Shown: one piece after another, positions 47,950 through 56,623 of the stretch
Numbering within the stretch: the first letter of the stretch is position 1
How the letters are laid out: each line of letters starts with the position of its first letter
DNA from: Staphylococcus epidermidis
GTDB taxonomy: Bacteria > Bacillota_I > Bacilli_A > RFN20 > CAG-826
Direction: 5' to 3'
Length of the DNA: 64,000 nucleotides
Assembly: GCA_945870555.1 (NCBI GenBank)
Contig: CAMBSI010000001.1
Span: forward strand, 21,656 to 85,655
Program-made: the position numbers and the translations under genes
The notes under the pieces: model-generated
What the model saw: the letters and a program-made list of their open reading frames with translations, nothing else
Databases searched by the model: none
What the model was told of the DNA's origin: nothing

Positions 47950-50277
47950 ATGAAAAAAGAAACCTACGAATTACCGTTATTGATTACGCGAGGAATGGTG
48001 TTATTTCCTAATCAATCCCAATCGATTGAAGCAGGAAGACCTTTTTCGGTCGCTGCAATTGAAGCAGCAAAAGTTGATGGAAACGATTTGATCTTGGTGA
48101 CCTCACAAAAGTCTCCTGAAATTGATGAACCATCCACCACGGATATTTTTATGGTTGGCACGATTTGCAGGATGTCCAACATTACATCCTTAAAAAGATA
48201 TACCCGCCTGAAAGTATTACCATTGGCGAGAATTATCATTACCGAAGTCATCAAAAATGGCGACACCTGGTCAGCAAAAGCTGAAAAAATCGAAGATATC
48301 ATTGGCGACCACAAAACGGAAGTGGCCTTGGTTCGTAATATCATCACCTCTTTAGAAGGTATGCAAGCGGTCACCAATCGTTTACCACGCGAAGTGGTTG
48401 GCCAACTTTCAAAAGGAGTAGCCGCTGCTGATATTTCCGATATCTTGGCAAATTTATTACCAATGCCAGTGGATCAAAAACAAAAGGTTTTGGAAACCCT
48501 CGACCTGAATGAACGATTAAAAATGGTATTGGATGCCGTGAATGAAGAAAAAGAAATTGCAGACATCGATAAACACTTACAAGAAGAAGTGAGAAAATCC
48601 GCTGAAAAGAATCAACGTGAATATTTTTTACGTGAAAAGTTAAAAGCGATTAAAACAGAACTTGGTGAAAATCCAGAATCCACGGATTCAGAAGAATCGT
48701 TATTAAAAAGATTGGAATCTGGTCAATATCCTGATCACGTGAAAGTTAAAGTTCGTGCCGAACTCAAACGAGGGGAAATGATGCCTTCAAGCAGTTTGGA
48801 AGCGTCCTTGATTAAGTCATATGTCGAATTAATGCTTGATTTACCATGGTGGCAACGCACCAGCGATAATGATGATTTAAAGAATGTCCAAAAGATTTTG
48901 GATGATGATCATTATGGTTTGGAAAAAGTGAAGAAAAGAATCATTGAATACCTCGCGGTCAAAAAGATGACAGGTAGTTTAAAAGCCCCGATTCTTTGCT
49001 TTTATGGACCTCCAGGAGTTGGTAAAACCTCTTTGGCACGTTCAATTGCGCGTGCATTAGGTCGTAAATTTTTGAAAGCTTCCTTAGGTGGTATCAGTGA
49101 TGAAGCGGAAATTCGTGGTCACCGACGAACCTATGTTGGTTCGATGCCTGGCCGAGTCCTCAACGGGATGAAAAAAGGTGGCGTGGTGAATCCAGTATTT
49201 TTATTGGACGAAATCGATAAACTTGCATCCTCCTATAAAGGTGATCCTGCAAGTGCTTTATTAGAAGTTTTAGATCCCGAACAAAACTTTGCATTTAATG
49301 ATAACTATATTGAAGAACCTTATGATTTGAGTAACGTCATGTTTATTGCGACTGCAAATTATCTAGAAGATATTCCTGCTCCACTTCGTGATCGTTTGGA
49401 GTTAATTGAAGTGAACTCTTACACAGAAGTTGAAAAACTTGAAATTGCCGTTCGCCATTTAATCGAAAAACAATTATTGGCAAATGGATTAAAAAAAGAA
49501 CAAATCACCTTCTCTAAAGAAGCTTTATCAACCGTTGTTGAATTTTACACACGAGAAGCTGGGGTTCGGGAATTAGAACGACGCATCGCGTCGATTTGCC
49601 GAAAAGCAGTCGTCGAACTCATTCAAGATCCAAAACTGACGATGATTAAAATTACACCCGCAGTCGTTAGAAGATATTTAGGTACTGAAATTTTTGATAA
49701 TTCTAAAAAAGAAAAAACCTCACAAGTTGGGGTTGTTACTGGTCTAGCCTATACCCAATATGGTGGAGATATTCTTCCAATCGAAGTCAATCATTTCCCT
49801 GGTTCTGGACGATTAGTTTTAACCGGTAAACTTGGTGATGTAATGAAAGAATCTGCGACGATTGCCCTTGACTATATTCAAGCTAATGCGGCGAAATATG
49901 GTATCGAATCAAAAATGTTTAAAGAACGTGATATTCATATTCACATTCCAGAAGGTGCGGTTCCAAAAGATGGTCCATCTGCTGGGGTGACGATGACGGT
50001 TGCGATTATCTCTGCATTGACCGGTCGCCATGCTTCTAGCGAAGTCGCAATGACGGGTGAAGTGACCCTTCGTGGCAATGTGCTTGCGATTGGTGGTTTA
50101 CGTGAAAAAACGATTGCAGCACTTAGAAGTGGCATTAAAACAGTCTTGATTCCAGAAGAAAATAAAAAGAATGTTGAAGATTTAGCAAAAGAAGTCAAAG
50201 AAAACTTAAAGATTATCTATGTGAAGAATGTCGATGAGGCAATTGAAGTCACACTTGCACCATCGGTGAAAGCGTAA
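47950..50277 (+). CDS. lon: ATP-dependent Lon protease
   Basis: DHYGLEKVK, GPPGVGKTS, LLDEIDK, PKDGPSAG (catalytic Ser), IGGLREK; GGAGG SD before ATG 47950. Confidence 0.98.
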   Translation: MKKETYELPLLITRGMVLFPNQSQSIEAGRPFSVAAIEAAKVDGNDLILVTSQKSPEIDEPSTTDIFMVGTICRMSNITSLKRYTRLKVLPLARIIITEVIKNGDTWSAKAEKIEDIIGDHKTEVALVRNIITSLEGMQAVTNRLPREVVGQLSKGVAAADISDILANLLPMPVDQKQKVLETLDLNERLKMVLDAVNEEKEIADIDKHLQEEVRKSAEKNQREYFLREKLKAIKTELGENPESTDSEESLLKRLESGQYPDHVKVKVRAELKRGEMMPSSSLEASLIKSYVELMLDLPWWQRTSDNDDLKNVQKILDDDHYGLEKVKKRIIEYLAVKKMTGSLKAPILCFYGPPGVGKTSLARSIARALGRKFLKASLGGISDEAEIRGHRRTYVGSMPGRVLNGMKKGGVVNPVFLLDEIDKLASSYKGDPASALLEVLDPEQNFAFNDNYIEEPYDLSNVMFIATANYLEDIPAPLRDRLELIEVNSYTEVEKLEIAVRHLIEKQLLANGLKKEQITFSKEALSTVVEFYTREAGVRELERRIASICRKAVVELIQDPKLTMIKITPAVVRRYLGTEIFDNSKKEKTSQVGVVTGLAYTQYGGDILPIEVNHFPGSGRLVLTGKLGDVMKESATIALDYIQANAAKYGIESKMFKERDIHIHIPEGAVPKDGPSAGVTMTVAIISALTGRHASSEVAMTGEVTLRGNVLAIGGLREKTIAALRSGIKTVLIPEENKKNVEDLAKEVKENLKIIYVKNVDEAIEVTLAPSVKA

Positions 50278-50870
50278 TGGATTTTAAAAAAACAACCTTT
50301 GTTAAAACGGTGGTGCGATTAGAAGATCGCCCCCGTTTTACTTTACCGGAGGTTATTTTTATTGGTCGATCGAATGTTGGAAAGAGTACGCTCATCAATA
50401 TACTAACCGGCCAAAAGAAATTAGCAAAAACTTCATCTACACCGGGAAAAACACGATATTTAAATTACTACATGGTCGATCATCAATTTTATTTGGTCGA
50501 CGCACCTGGTTTTGGTTATACCGCGTATGGCAAACAAGATCTGGATCGATTTTCTGAACTCATGCAACCTTACTTCTTGGAAGCTAAACCACGGATCGCG
50601 TTATATTTAATGGATAGCCGCAGGGAAGTTTTGGAAAGTGATATCCAATGGATTCGAGAATTAAACCGGCTGATGAACGTCTTATTGGTCTTCACAAAAA
50701 TTGATGTGTTAAATCAAAAAGAACAAGCTGCTCTCATGAAACAACTGAAAACGCTTGGCTTATCCAACAAAGAATTTGCTTTTGTTAGCCATGATAATCC
50801 CCGATTAGTGGAGAAGTTAAGGGAACAAATCCGTAGTTTTTTCCCAAATACCAAGATTGAAACTCCATAA
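50277..50870 (+). CDS. engB: Ribosome biogenesis GTPase EngB/YsxC
   Basis: GRSNVGKS, PGKT, DAPGFG, TKID. Confidence 0.95.
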   Translation: MDFKKTTFVKTVVRLEDRPRFTLPEVIFIGRSNVGKSTLINILTGQKKLAKTSSTPGKTRYLNYYMVDHQFYLVDAPGFGYTAYGKQDLDRFSELMQPYFLEAKPRIALYLMDSRREVLESDIQWIRELNRLMNVLLVFTKIDVLNQKEQAALMKQLKTLGLSNKEFAFVSHDNPRLVEKLREQIRSFFPNTKIETP

Positions 50871-50885
50871 TTCGTGTATAATTTA

Positions 50886-51080
50886 AATTGATAAACCTAG
50901 TAAATCAAATCCGCTTTATATAAGAAAGCCTGAACGATGAAAGCAGGTTAAAGCGATTGATCGAAGTCATTTATCGCGAAAAGCGTCTCCCCGCGTTAAG
51001 GGGCTTGAGTGCATGGGAAATCCCATGAATTAAGGTGGTACCACGCAACAAAGCGTCCTTATGAGGGCGTTTTTTTATTT
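50886..51080 (+). ncRNA. T-box riboswitch (Val, specifier GTC)
   Basis: GAA-GTC-ATTT specifier at 50966-50968, T-box AATTAAGGTGGTACCACG, terminator CGTCCT...AGGGCG-TTTTTTT. Confidence 0.9.
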
Positions 51081-51093
51081 CAATGGAGGCCTT

Positions 51094-53688
51094 ATGGAAT
51101 TAGCAAAACGATATGATCACAAAGAAGTTGAATCAGGTAAATATGAGCATTGGTTAACGCTTAAACTTTTTGGACTAGATCCAAAACGAAAAGAGAAATA
51201 TACGATTGTGATTCCGCCACCAAACGTGACGGGCAAACTTCATTTAGGGCATGCATGGGACAATACGCTTCAGGATATTTTAATTCGTTTTCATCATAGT
51301 CTAGGTAAAGATGTGGTCTATCTTCCAGGCATGGATCATGCCGGTATTGCTACCCAAGCAGTGGTTGAAAGTAAATTAAGAGCAAAAGGAATTACCCGAT
51401 TTGATCTTGGTCGTGATAATTTCCTTAAAGAAATGTGGAAGTGGAAAGATGAATACGCGATCAACATTCGCCGGCAATGGGCAAAACTAGGATTAGCTTT
51501 AAATTATGATTTAGAACGGTTTACCTTGGATGAAGGTTTATCCCATGCTGTTAAAGAAGTGTTTATTAAGCTCTATCAAGAAGGTTTAATTTATCGCGGT
51601 GAACGAATCATCAACTGGGATCCCGAACAACGTACTGCGCTAAGTAATGTCGAAGTCATTCATAAAGAAATTGAAGGAAACTTATATTATTTCCATTACC
51701 GTTTGGTTGATGGATCAAAGAGTTTAATCGTTGCCACGACCCGTCCAGAAACCATGTTTGCAGACGTATGCTTGGTGGTCAATCCGAAAGATAAACGCTA
51801 CACAAAGCTGATTGGTAAAAAGGTCATTAACCCAAGTAATGGCCAATCGATTCCGATCATTGCTGATGAATATGTGGATGTGGCATTTGGAACGGGTGTG
51901 ATGAAATGTACACCTGCGCATGATGCCAATGACTTTGCGATTTCAGAACGCCATCACTTAGAACGCCCGATGTGTATTGAAAAGGATGGAACCATTAATG
52001 CGCTTGGTCATCGCTTTCAAGGATTAGATCGATTTGAAGCAAGAAAACAATTAGTTGCATACATCAAAAACAACGGTCAATTAGAAAAAATTGAGCCAAT
52101 TAAACATGCTGTTGGCCATAGCGAAAGAAGCGATGCGATTGTTGAACCATATCTATCCAAACAATGGTTTGTCAAAATGAAACCACTTGCAGAAAAGGTG
52201 TTAGCGTTGCAAGCGACGGATGGCAAAATTCGTTTTTTCCCTGATCGATTTGAACAAACTTTACAACAATGGATGGAAAAAGTAGAGGACTGGTGCATTT
52301 CAAGGCAATTATGGTGGGGTCATCAAATTCCTGCATGGTACCATCGGCAAACTGGGGAAATTTATGTCGGATTAGATGCGCCAAAAAACATTCAAGATTA
52401 TGAACAAGATGCGGATGTGCTTGATACCTGGTTTTCCTCTGCCCTTTGGCCATTTTCCACATTAGGTTGGCCTGAACAAACCAACTTATTAAAAAATTAT
52501 TTTCCAACCTCGACCTTGGTTACTGGTTATGACATCATCTTTTTTTGGGTGGCAAGAATGGCGTTTCAATCGTTACATTTCCTTGGAAAAAAACCATTTC
52601 AAGATGTCCTCGTCCATGGGATTATTCGCGATTCGCAAGGAAGAAAAATGTCAAAGTCCTTAGGAAATGGGGTTGATCCCATTCAAGTCATTGACCAATA
52701 TGGGACCGATGCTTTAAGAATTTATCTTGCGACCAACTCGAGCCCTGGCCAAGACACTCGTTATATTGAAGAAAAAGTTGAAGCTCAAGCCAATTACTTG
52801 AATAAGATTTGGAACTCTGCAAGGTTTATCTTGTCTTATTTACCTGAAGATTTTAAACCAAAACGTTTGTTAAAAGAAAATTTAGATGCTTTACAAATTG
52901 GCATCCTTCAACGCTTAAACTATGTCCTAGAAAACGTGAAAGCGAATCTTCTCAAATACGAAATTGGATTTGCTTCGACTCTCATTTACAATTTCGTTTA
53001 TGATGATTTTTGTTCGTGGTACTTGGAGTTCTCAAAAGTAACATTAAATCGCGATGATGAAAAAAGTAAATCCACAACCTTGCATGTCTTGTATCACGTT
53101 TTAAAATCCATACTCGTCATCTTACATCCATTTGCCCCGTTTATCACGGAGTCGATTTATCAACAACTCCCAGGACATCAAGCTTCGATTTATCAAGAAC
53201 TTTATCCAAATGTGTTGGTTTTAGGACCAACGGATGAAAGTTTTGGCTTCTTGCAAGCGATGATTAGCGATGTTCGAACCTTTAAAGTCGACCATCATTT
53301 ACCACCTAACGCCCCTTTAAAACTCATGATTCAAACGAAGTTATCAACCATTCAATCGGCGATTTTACCTTATCTAGAACGCTTTAGTTTTTCACAAGTG
53401 ATGGATGCAAATCAAATCAAGGACACCCCCTCGACGATGACTGCTTATTTATATCCACAAGGTAAACTGCTTGTTGAAGAAATGATTGATCCAGTAAAGC
53501 AAAAAGAACAATTACAAAAAACTTTGGTTTTTCTTGAATCAGAAATCAAGCGGGCAACCCAGATGTTAGCAAATCCAAAATTCTTAGAAAAAGCACCAAA
53601 AGAAAAAATTCTAGAAGAAAAAAACAAATTAGACTTATTTGAAAAACAACGTCGAGACGCCATAGACAAACTAAAACATCTAGGTTAA
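51094..53688 (+). CDS. valS: Valine--tRNA ligase
   Basis: PPPNVTGKLHLGH, ATTRPET, DWCISRQLWWGH, KMSKS; GGAGG SD before ATG 51094. Confidence 0.98.
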   Translation: MELAKRYDHKEVESGKYEHWLTLKLFGLDPKRKEKYTIVIPPPNVTGKLHLGHAWDNTLQDILIRFHHSLGKDVVYLPGMDHAGIATQAVVESKLRAKGITRFDLGRDNFLKEMWKWKDEYAINIRRQWAKLGLALNYDLERFTLDEGLSHAVKEVFIKLYQEGLIYRGERIINWDPEQRTALSNVEVIHKEIEGNLYYFHYRLVDGSKSLIVATTRPETMFADVCLVVNPKDKRYTKLIGKKVINPSNGQSIPIIADEYVDVAFGTGVMKCTPAHDANDFAISERHHLERPMCIEKDGTINALGHRFQGLDRFEARKQLVAYIKNNGQLEKIEPIKHAVGHSERSDAIVEPYLSKQWFVKMKPLAEKVLALQATDGKIRFFPDRFEQTLQQWMEKVEDWCISRQLWWGHQIPAWYHRQTGEIYVGLDAPKNIQDYEQDADVLDTWFSSALWPFSTLGWPEQTNLLKNYFPTSTLVTGYDIIFFWVARMAFQSLHFLGKKPFQDVLVHGIIRDSQGRKMSKSLGNGVDPIQVIDQYGTDALRIYLATNSSPGQDTRYIEEKVEAQANYLNKIWNSARFILSYLPEDFKPKRLLKENLDALQIGILQRLNYVLENVKANLLKYEIGFASTLIYNFVYDDFCSWYLEFSKVTLNRDDEKSKSTTLHVLYHVLKSILVILHPFAPFITESIYQQLPGHQASIYQELYPNVLVLGPTDESFGFLQAMISDVRTFKVDHHLPPNAPLKLMIQTKLSTIQSAILPYLERFSFSQVMDANQIKDTPSTMTAYLYPQGKLLVEEMIDPVKQKEQLQKTLVFLESEIKRATQMLANPKFLEKAPKEKILEEKNKLDLFEKQRRDAIDKLKHLG

Positions 53689-53730
53689 GTCTTACTTTTT
53701 TCTCCTATTCAATCATAGGAGGATTCATAT

Positions 53731-53907
53731 ATGGACGAATTATCTCATCAAGACATGACCACGCTTCAAGGCGGTGAGCCTGTTTCTTTGGCCGCTGTCA
53801 TGGCGGTCATGATCGTGGCCATTTCGGCGGTGATTGTTTACCGATTGTTTATGTCATCAACTGGAAAGGCGACCATCCCTGGTGGATTCCAATTTGAATG
53901 GAAATAA
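53731..53907 (+). CDS. 58-aa peptide with a double-glycine-type leader and hydrophobic core (absent from the ORF track)
   Basis: AGGAGG SD; MDELSHQDMTTLQGG|EPVSLAAVMAVMIVAISAVIVYRLFMSSTGKATIPGGFQFEWK*. Confidence 0.8.
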   Translation: MDELSHQDMTTLQGGEPVSLAAVMAVMIVAISAVIVYRLFMSSTGKATIPGGFQFEWK

Positions 53908-54577
53908 GCGAATTGCTGATCTATCCGTTTTAGAAAGACCACGGGAAAAAGCTTTTGCATTTGGTGTCAAACAACTTTCCAGCCAAGAGTTGCTTGCCTT
54001 AATGATTGGTTCAGGTGTCAAAGGTCATTCCGCTTTGGCGATTGCAGAAATGCTTTTGAATCGTTATGGAAGTTTATTGAGCTTAATGAAGATTCAGATG
54101 CATGAATGGTTAACCATTCCCGGTATTGAAAAAACCAAAGCGATACAAATGCTTGGCATGTTTGAACTATTCCAAAGAATTGAAAAACATGATTTACCAA
54201 CCGTTAAACTCCATGAGCCATCGATGGTGTACCGCCATTATCGATTAAGATTGGGTAGTTTATTGCATGAACAATTATTGATTATTAAGTTAAATCACCA
54301 GTTTCATTACACGAGTGAAACCTTGTTTCGTTTGGGGTCGCAAGCATCCATTCAATTGGATTATCGAGATTTATTTGTGGATTTGTTAAAAACAGATACA
54401 AAAAAATTTCTCTTACTTCATAACCATCCTTCCGGGGATGTCACGCCCTCCCAAGAGGATATTCAAACCACGATAGAAATTCAGCGAGAGGCTAGAAAAT
54501 TGGGTTTTCAACTGATTGACCACCTGATCATTTCTTTTCAAGGTTATTTCTCGATGAAACAAGAAAAAATCATCTGA
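53894..54577 (+). CDS. radC: RadC family JAB-domain protein
   Basis: ERPREK, LS..ELLA, HNHPSGD..PS.ED, DHLII. TTG 53894 after GGTGG is the likely start. Confidence 0.92.
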   Translation: MNGNKRIADLSVLERPREKAFAFGVKQLSSQELLALMIGSGVKGHSALAIAEMLLNRYGSLLSLMKIQMHEWLTIPGIEKTKAIQMLGMFELFQRIEKHDLPTVKLHEPSMVYRHYRLRLGSLLHEQLLIIKLNHQFHYTSETLFRLGSQASIQLDYRDLFVDLLKTDTKKFLLLHNHPSGDVTPSQEDIQTTIEIQREARKLGFQLIDHLIISFQGYFSMKQEKII

Positions 54578-54584
54578 TGTATCG

Positions 54585-54613
54585 TTGACGCGATAAAGTG
54601 ATTGTGCTATATT
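54585..54613 (+). promoter_or_regulatory. Sigma-A promoter of rplU-prp-rpmA
   Basis: TTGACG-17 nt-TATATT with an extended TG. Confidence 0.7.
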
Positions 54614-54621
54614 AACAACGT

Positions 54622-54700
54622 TGTTGCCTCACGAGCTACAACCGCTTCCCAAGGTACTCAACTAGTCTAACGACTGACCGAAAGAGCGAGTCTGAGTGAA
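54622..54700 (+). ncRNA. L21 leader
   Basis: CAACCGC...AGGTAC...GCGAGTC motifs in the 5' UTR of rplU. Confidence 0.7.
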
Positions 54701-54712
54701 AAGGAGGTTTTT

Positions 54713-55021
54713 ATGTACGCAATCATCATTACAGGTGGTAAGCAACTTCGTGTGGAAGTTGGCCAAAAGATTTATGTAGAAAAACTTACTGCTGAACCAG
54801 GAGCAACGGTCACGTTTGATCAAGTGCTTTTGGTTGCCGATAAAACCGTTAAAGTTGGTAATCCAACGATTAAAGGTGCTTCGGTAACTGCCAAGGTTGA
54901 AAAACAAGGTTTAAGCAAGAAATTAACCGTTTTCACCTATAAGGCAAAGCATAACGTTCGTCGAACATTAGGTCATCGTCAACCTTACACGAGTTTAGTT
55001 ATTGAAGCCATTCGCGGGTAA
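54713..55021 (+). CDS. rplU: 50S ribosomal protein L21
   Basis: MYAII.TGGKQ...GHRQPYT. Confidence 0.98.
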   Translation: MYAIIITGGKQLRVEVGQKIYVEKLTAEPGATVTFDQVLLVADKTVKVGNPTIKGASVTAKVEKQGLSKKLTVFTYKAKHNVRRTLGHRQPYTSLVIEAIRG

Positions 55022-55023
55022 AT

Positions 55024-55332
55024 ATGATTCTTGTCACCATCATCAGAAAAAAACAAGTTTATCAGATGATGAAAGTGACGGGTCATGCCAATAGTGCTCC
55101 TTACGGAGAAGACTTGGTGTGTGCAGCAGTTTCTGCGGTGATGACGGGTGGAATCAATGCCTTAGATTTAACAGGTGCTCTGGTGAAAAACATTGAGGGC
55201 TTAAGTGAAATCCAAGTTAAAGATCCCCAATTGACTAGAAATCAACAAGTGTATCAAGTCATTCACATTCAACTTGAAACGATTGCTGAAGCCCATCCAA
55301 AATTTGTAAAAATAAATATCAAGGAGAACTAA
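55024..55332 (+). CDS. prp: Ribosomal-processing cysteine protease Prp (YsxB)
   Basis: GHA....[10 protein letters not shown]; lies between rplU and rpmA. Confidence 0.93.
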   Translation: MILVTIIRKKQVYQMMKVTGHANSAPYGEDLVCAAVSAVMTGGINALDLTGALVKNIEGLSEIQVKDPQLTRNQQVYQVIHIQLETIAEAHPKFVKINIKEN

Positions 55333-55334
55333 AG

Positions 55335-55628
55335 ATGAACTTATTTAAATTAAATTTACAACAATTTGCCTCCAAAAAAGGGGTCGGTTCCACCACCAAC
55401 GGGCGCGATTCCGCTGGTCGTAGATTAGGTTCAAAAGCATCGGACGGTGAAACCGTGAATGCTGGTACGATTATCTATCGCCAACGCGGTACAAAAATTC
55501 ATCCAGGTCTTAATACCAAAAAAGGTGGAGATGACACCATTTTTGCAACCAAAACTGGGGTTGTAAAATATCAACGTTGGGGTAAAGATCGAACCCGGGT
55601 TATTGTCTTAGAATCGGTCGCTAAGTAA
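55335..55628 (+). CDS. rpmA: 50S ribosomal protein L27 with Prp-cleaved N-terminal extension
   Basis: [30 protein letters not shown]. Confidence 0.98.
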   Translation: MNLFKLNLQQFASKKGVGSTTNGRDSAGRRLGSKASDGETVNAGTIIYRQRGTKIHPGLNTKKGGDDTIFATKTGVVKYQRWGKDRTRVIVLESVAK

Positions 55629-55637
55629 GCAAGCCAC

Positions 55638-55661
55638 AGACCACGATAAGTGGTCTTTTTT
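55638..55661 (+). terminator. Intrinsic terminator after rpmA
   Basis: AGACCAC-GATAA-GTGGTCT-TTTTT. Confidence 0.75.
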
Positions 55662-55676
55662 GTTATAATGAATTCA

Positions 55677-56621
55677 ATGAAAAAAATTTCCATTGTCGTT
55701 CCGATGTACAACGAGGAAAAAGTGATTCCTTTATTTTTTGCTGAAATCAACAAAGTTTTAGCAACCTTAAAGGATTATCAGTTCGAAATCGTCGTTGTAA
55801 ATGATGGATCTAAAGATAAAACCTTAACCTTGTTACGGACTCAACAATCCCAACAATCCAATTTAATCGTTGTCAATTTGTCTCGAAATTTTGGTCATGA
55901 ACCTGCTGTTGCGGCTGGTATCAAAACCGCTACCGGTGATGCCATTATTCCTATGGATGCAGATTTACAAGACCCACCAACCCTGATTCGATCACTGCTT
56001 GCAAAATTTGAAGAAGGCTTTGAAGTGGTGAATGCCAAACGAAAAGGCCGTCATGAGGACACGTTTTTCAAACGTTATTCGGCAATTAAGTTTTATCAAT
56101 TTGTTGCCAAACTTTCTGGCAAAGTTAAAATCCCTCAAAATGTTGGACATTTTCGTTTAATTTCTCGTCGGGTTGCCGATGAAGTGAATCGCTTAACGGA
56201 ACGTAATCGGGTCTTCCGAATTGAAGTTCCCTTTGTTGGCTTTAAAACCACGGAAGTACTTTTTGATCGACCAAAACGAGCTGCTGGTGAAACGCATTAT
56301 AACTTAAAAAGTATGCTCAAGTTAGCGGTCGATGCGATTGCATCGACAACAAGCGTCCCGTTAGTTTGGCCCATTTATGTTTTTATCTTTATCGGTTTTT
56401 TATTGGCGGTAAGTGTCATCACACAAATCGCTTTATTGATACTTCTTTCCTTATCAGAAGTCGTCCATTTGATTTGGTTACTTGGCAACGTTTTACTTTT
56501 ATGTTTTCTCCTTTTGTTTTTCGTGCTATCGATTCTTTCCCTCTATTTATCACGCGTATTTATTGAAACTCAAAATCGACCTTTTTATGTGATTGACCAA
56601 GTTTTTCAAGGTCGCGCATAA
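55677..56621 (+). CDS. GT2 polyprenyl-phosphate glycosyltransferase (GtrB/DPM1-like)
   Basis: SIVVPMYNEE, VNDGSKD, SRNFGH, MDADLQDPP, two C-terminal TMs, RP.Y; start ATG 55677. Confidence 0.9.
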   Translation: MKKISIVVPMYNEEKVIPLFFAEINKVLATLKDYQFEIVVVNDGSKDKTLTLLRTQQSQQSNLIVVNLSRNFGHEPAVAAGIKTATGDAIIPMDADLQDPPTLIRSLLAKFEEGFEVVNAKRKGRHEDTFFKRYSAIKFYQFVAKLSGKVKIPQNVGHFRLISRRVADEVNRLTERNRVFRIEVPFVGFKTTEVLFDRPKRAAGETHYNLKSMLKLAVDAIASTTSVPLVWPIYVFIFIGFLLAVSVITQIALLILLSLSEVVHLIWLLGNVLLLCFLLLFFVLSILSLYLSRVFIETQNRPFYVIDQVFQGRA

Positions 56622-56623
56622 GT

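Noticed and set aside
31770..51093. Upstream starts in the ORF track for mraZ (31770), lon (47926) and valS (51061)
   Set aside because: They lie within a terminator/promoter, a CIRCE and a T-box terminator respectively; SD-supported ATGs are downstream.
53834..53893. N-terminal extension of RadC given in the ORF track (MFTDCLCHQL...)
   Set aside because: It is an alternate frame of the GG-peptide gene; RadC similarity begins near TTG 53894.
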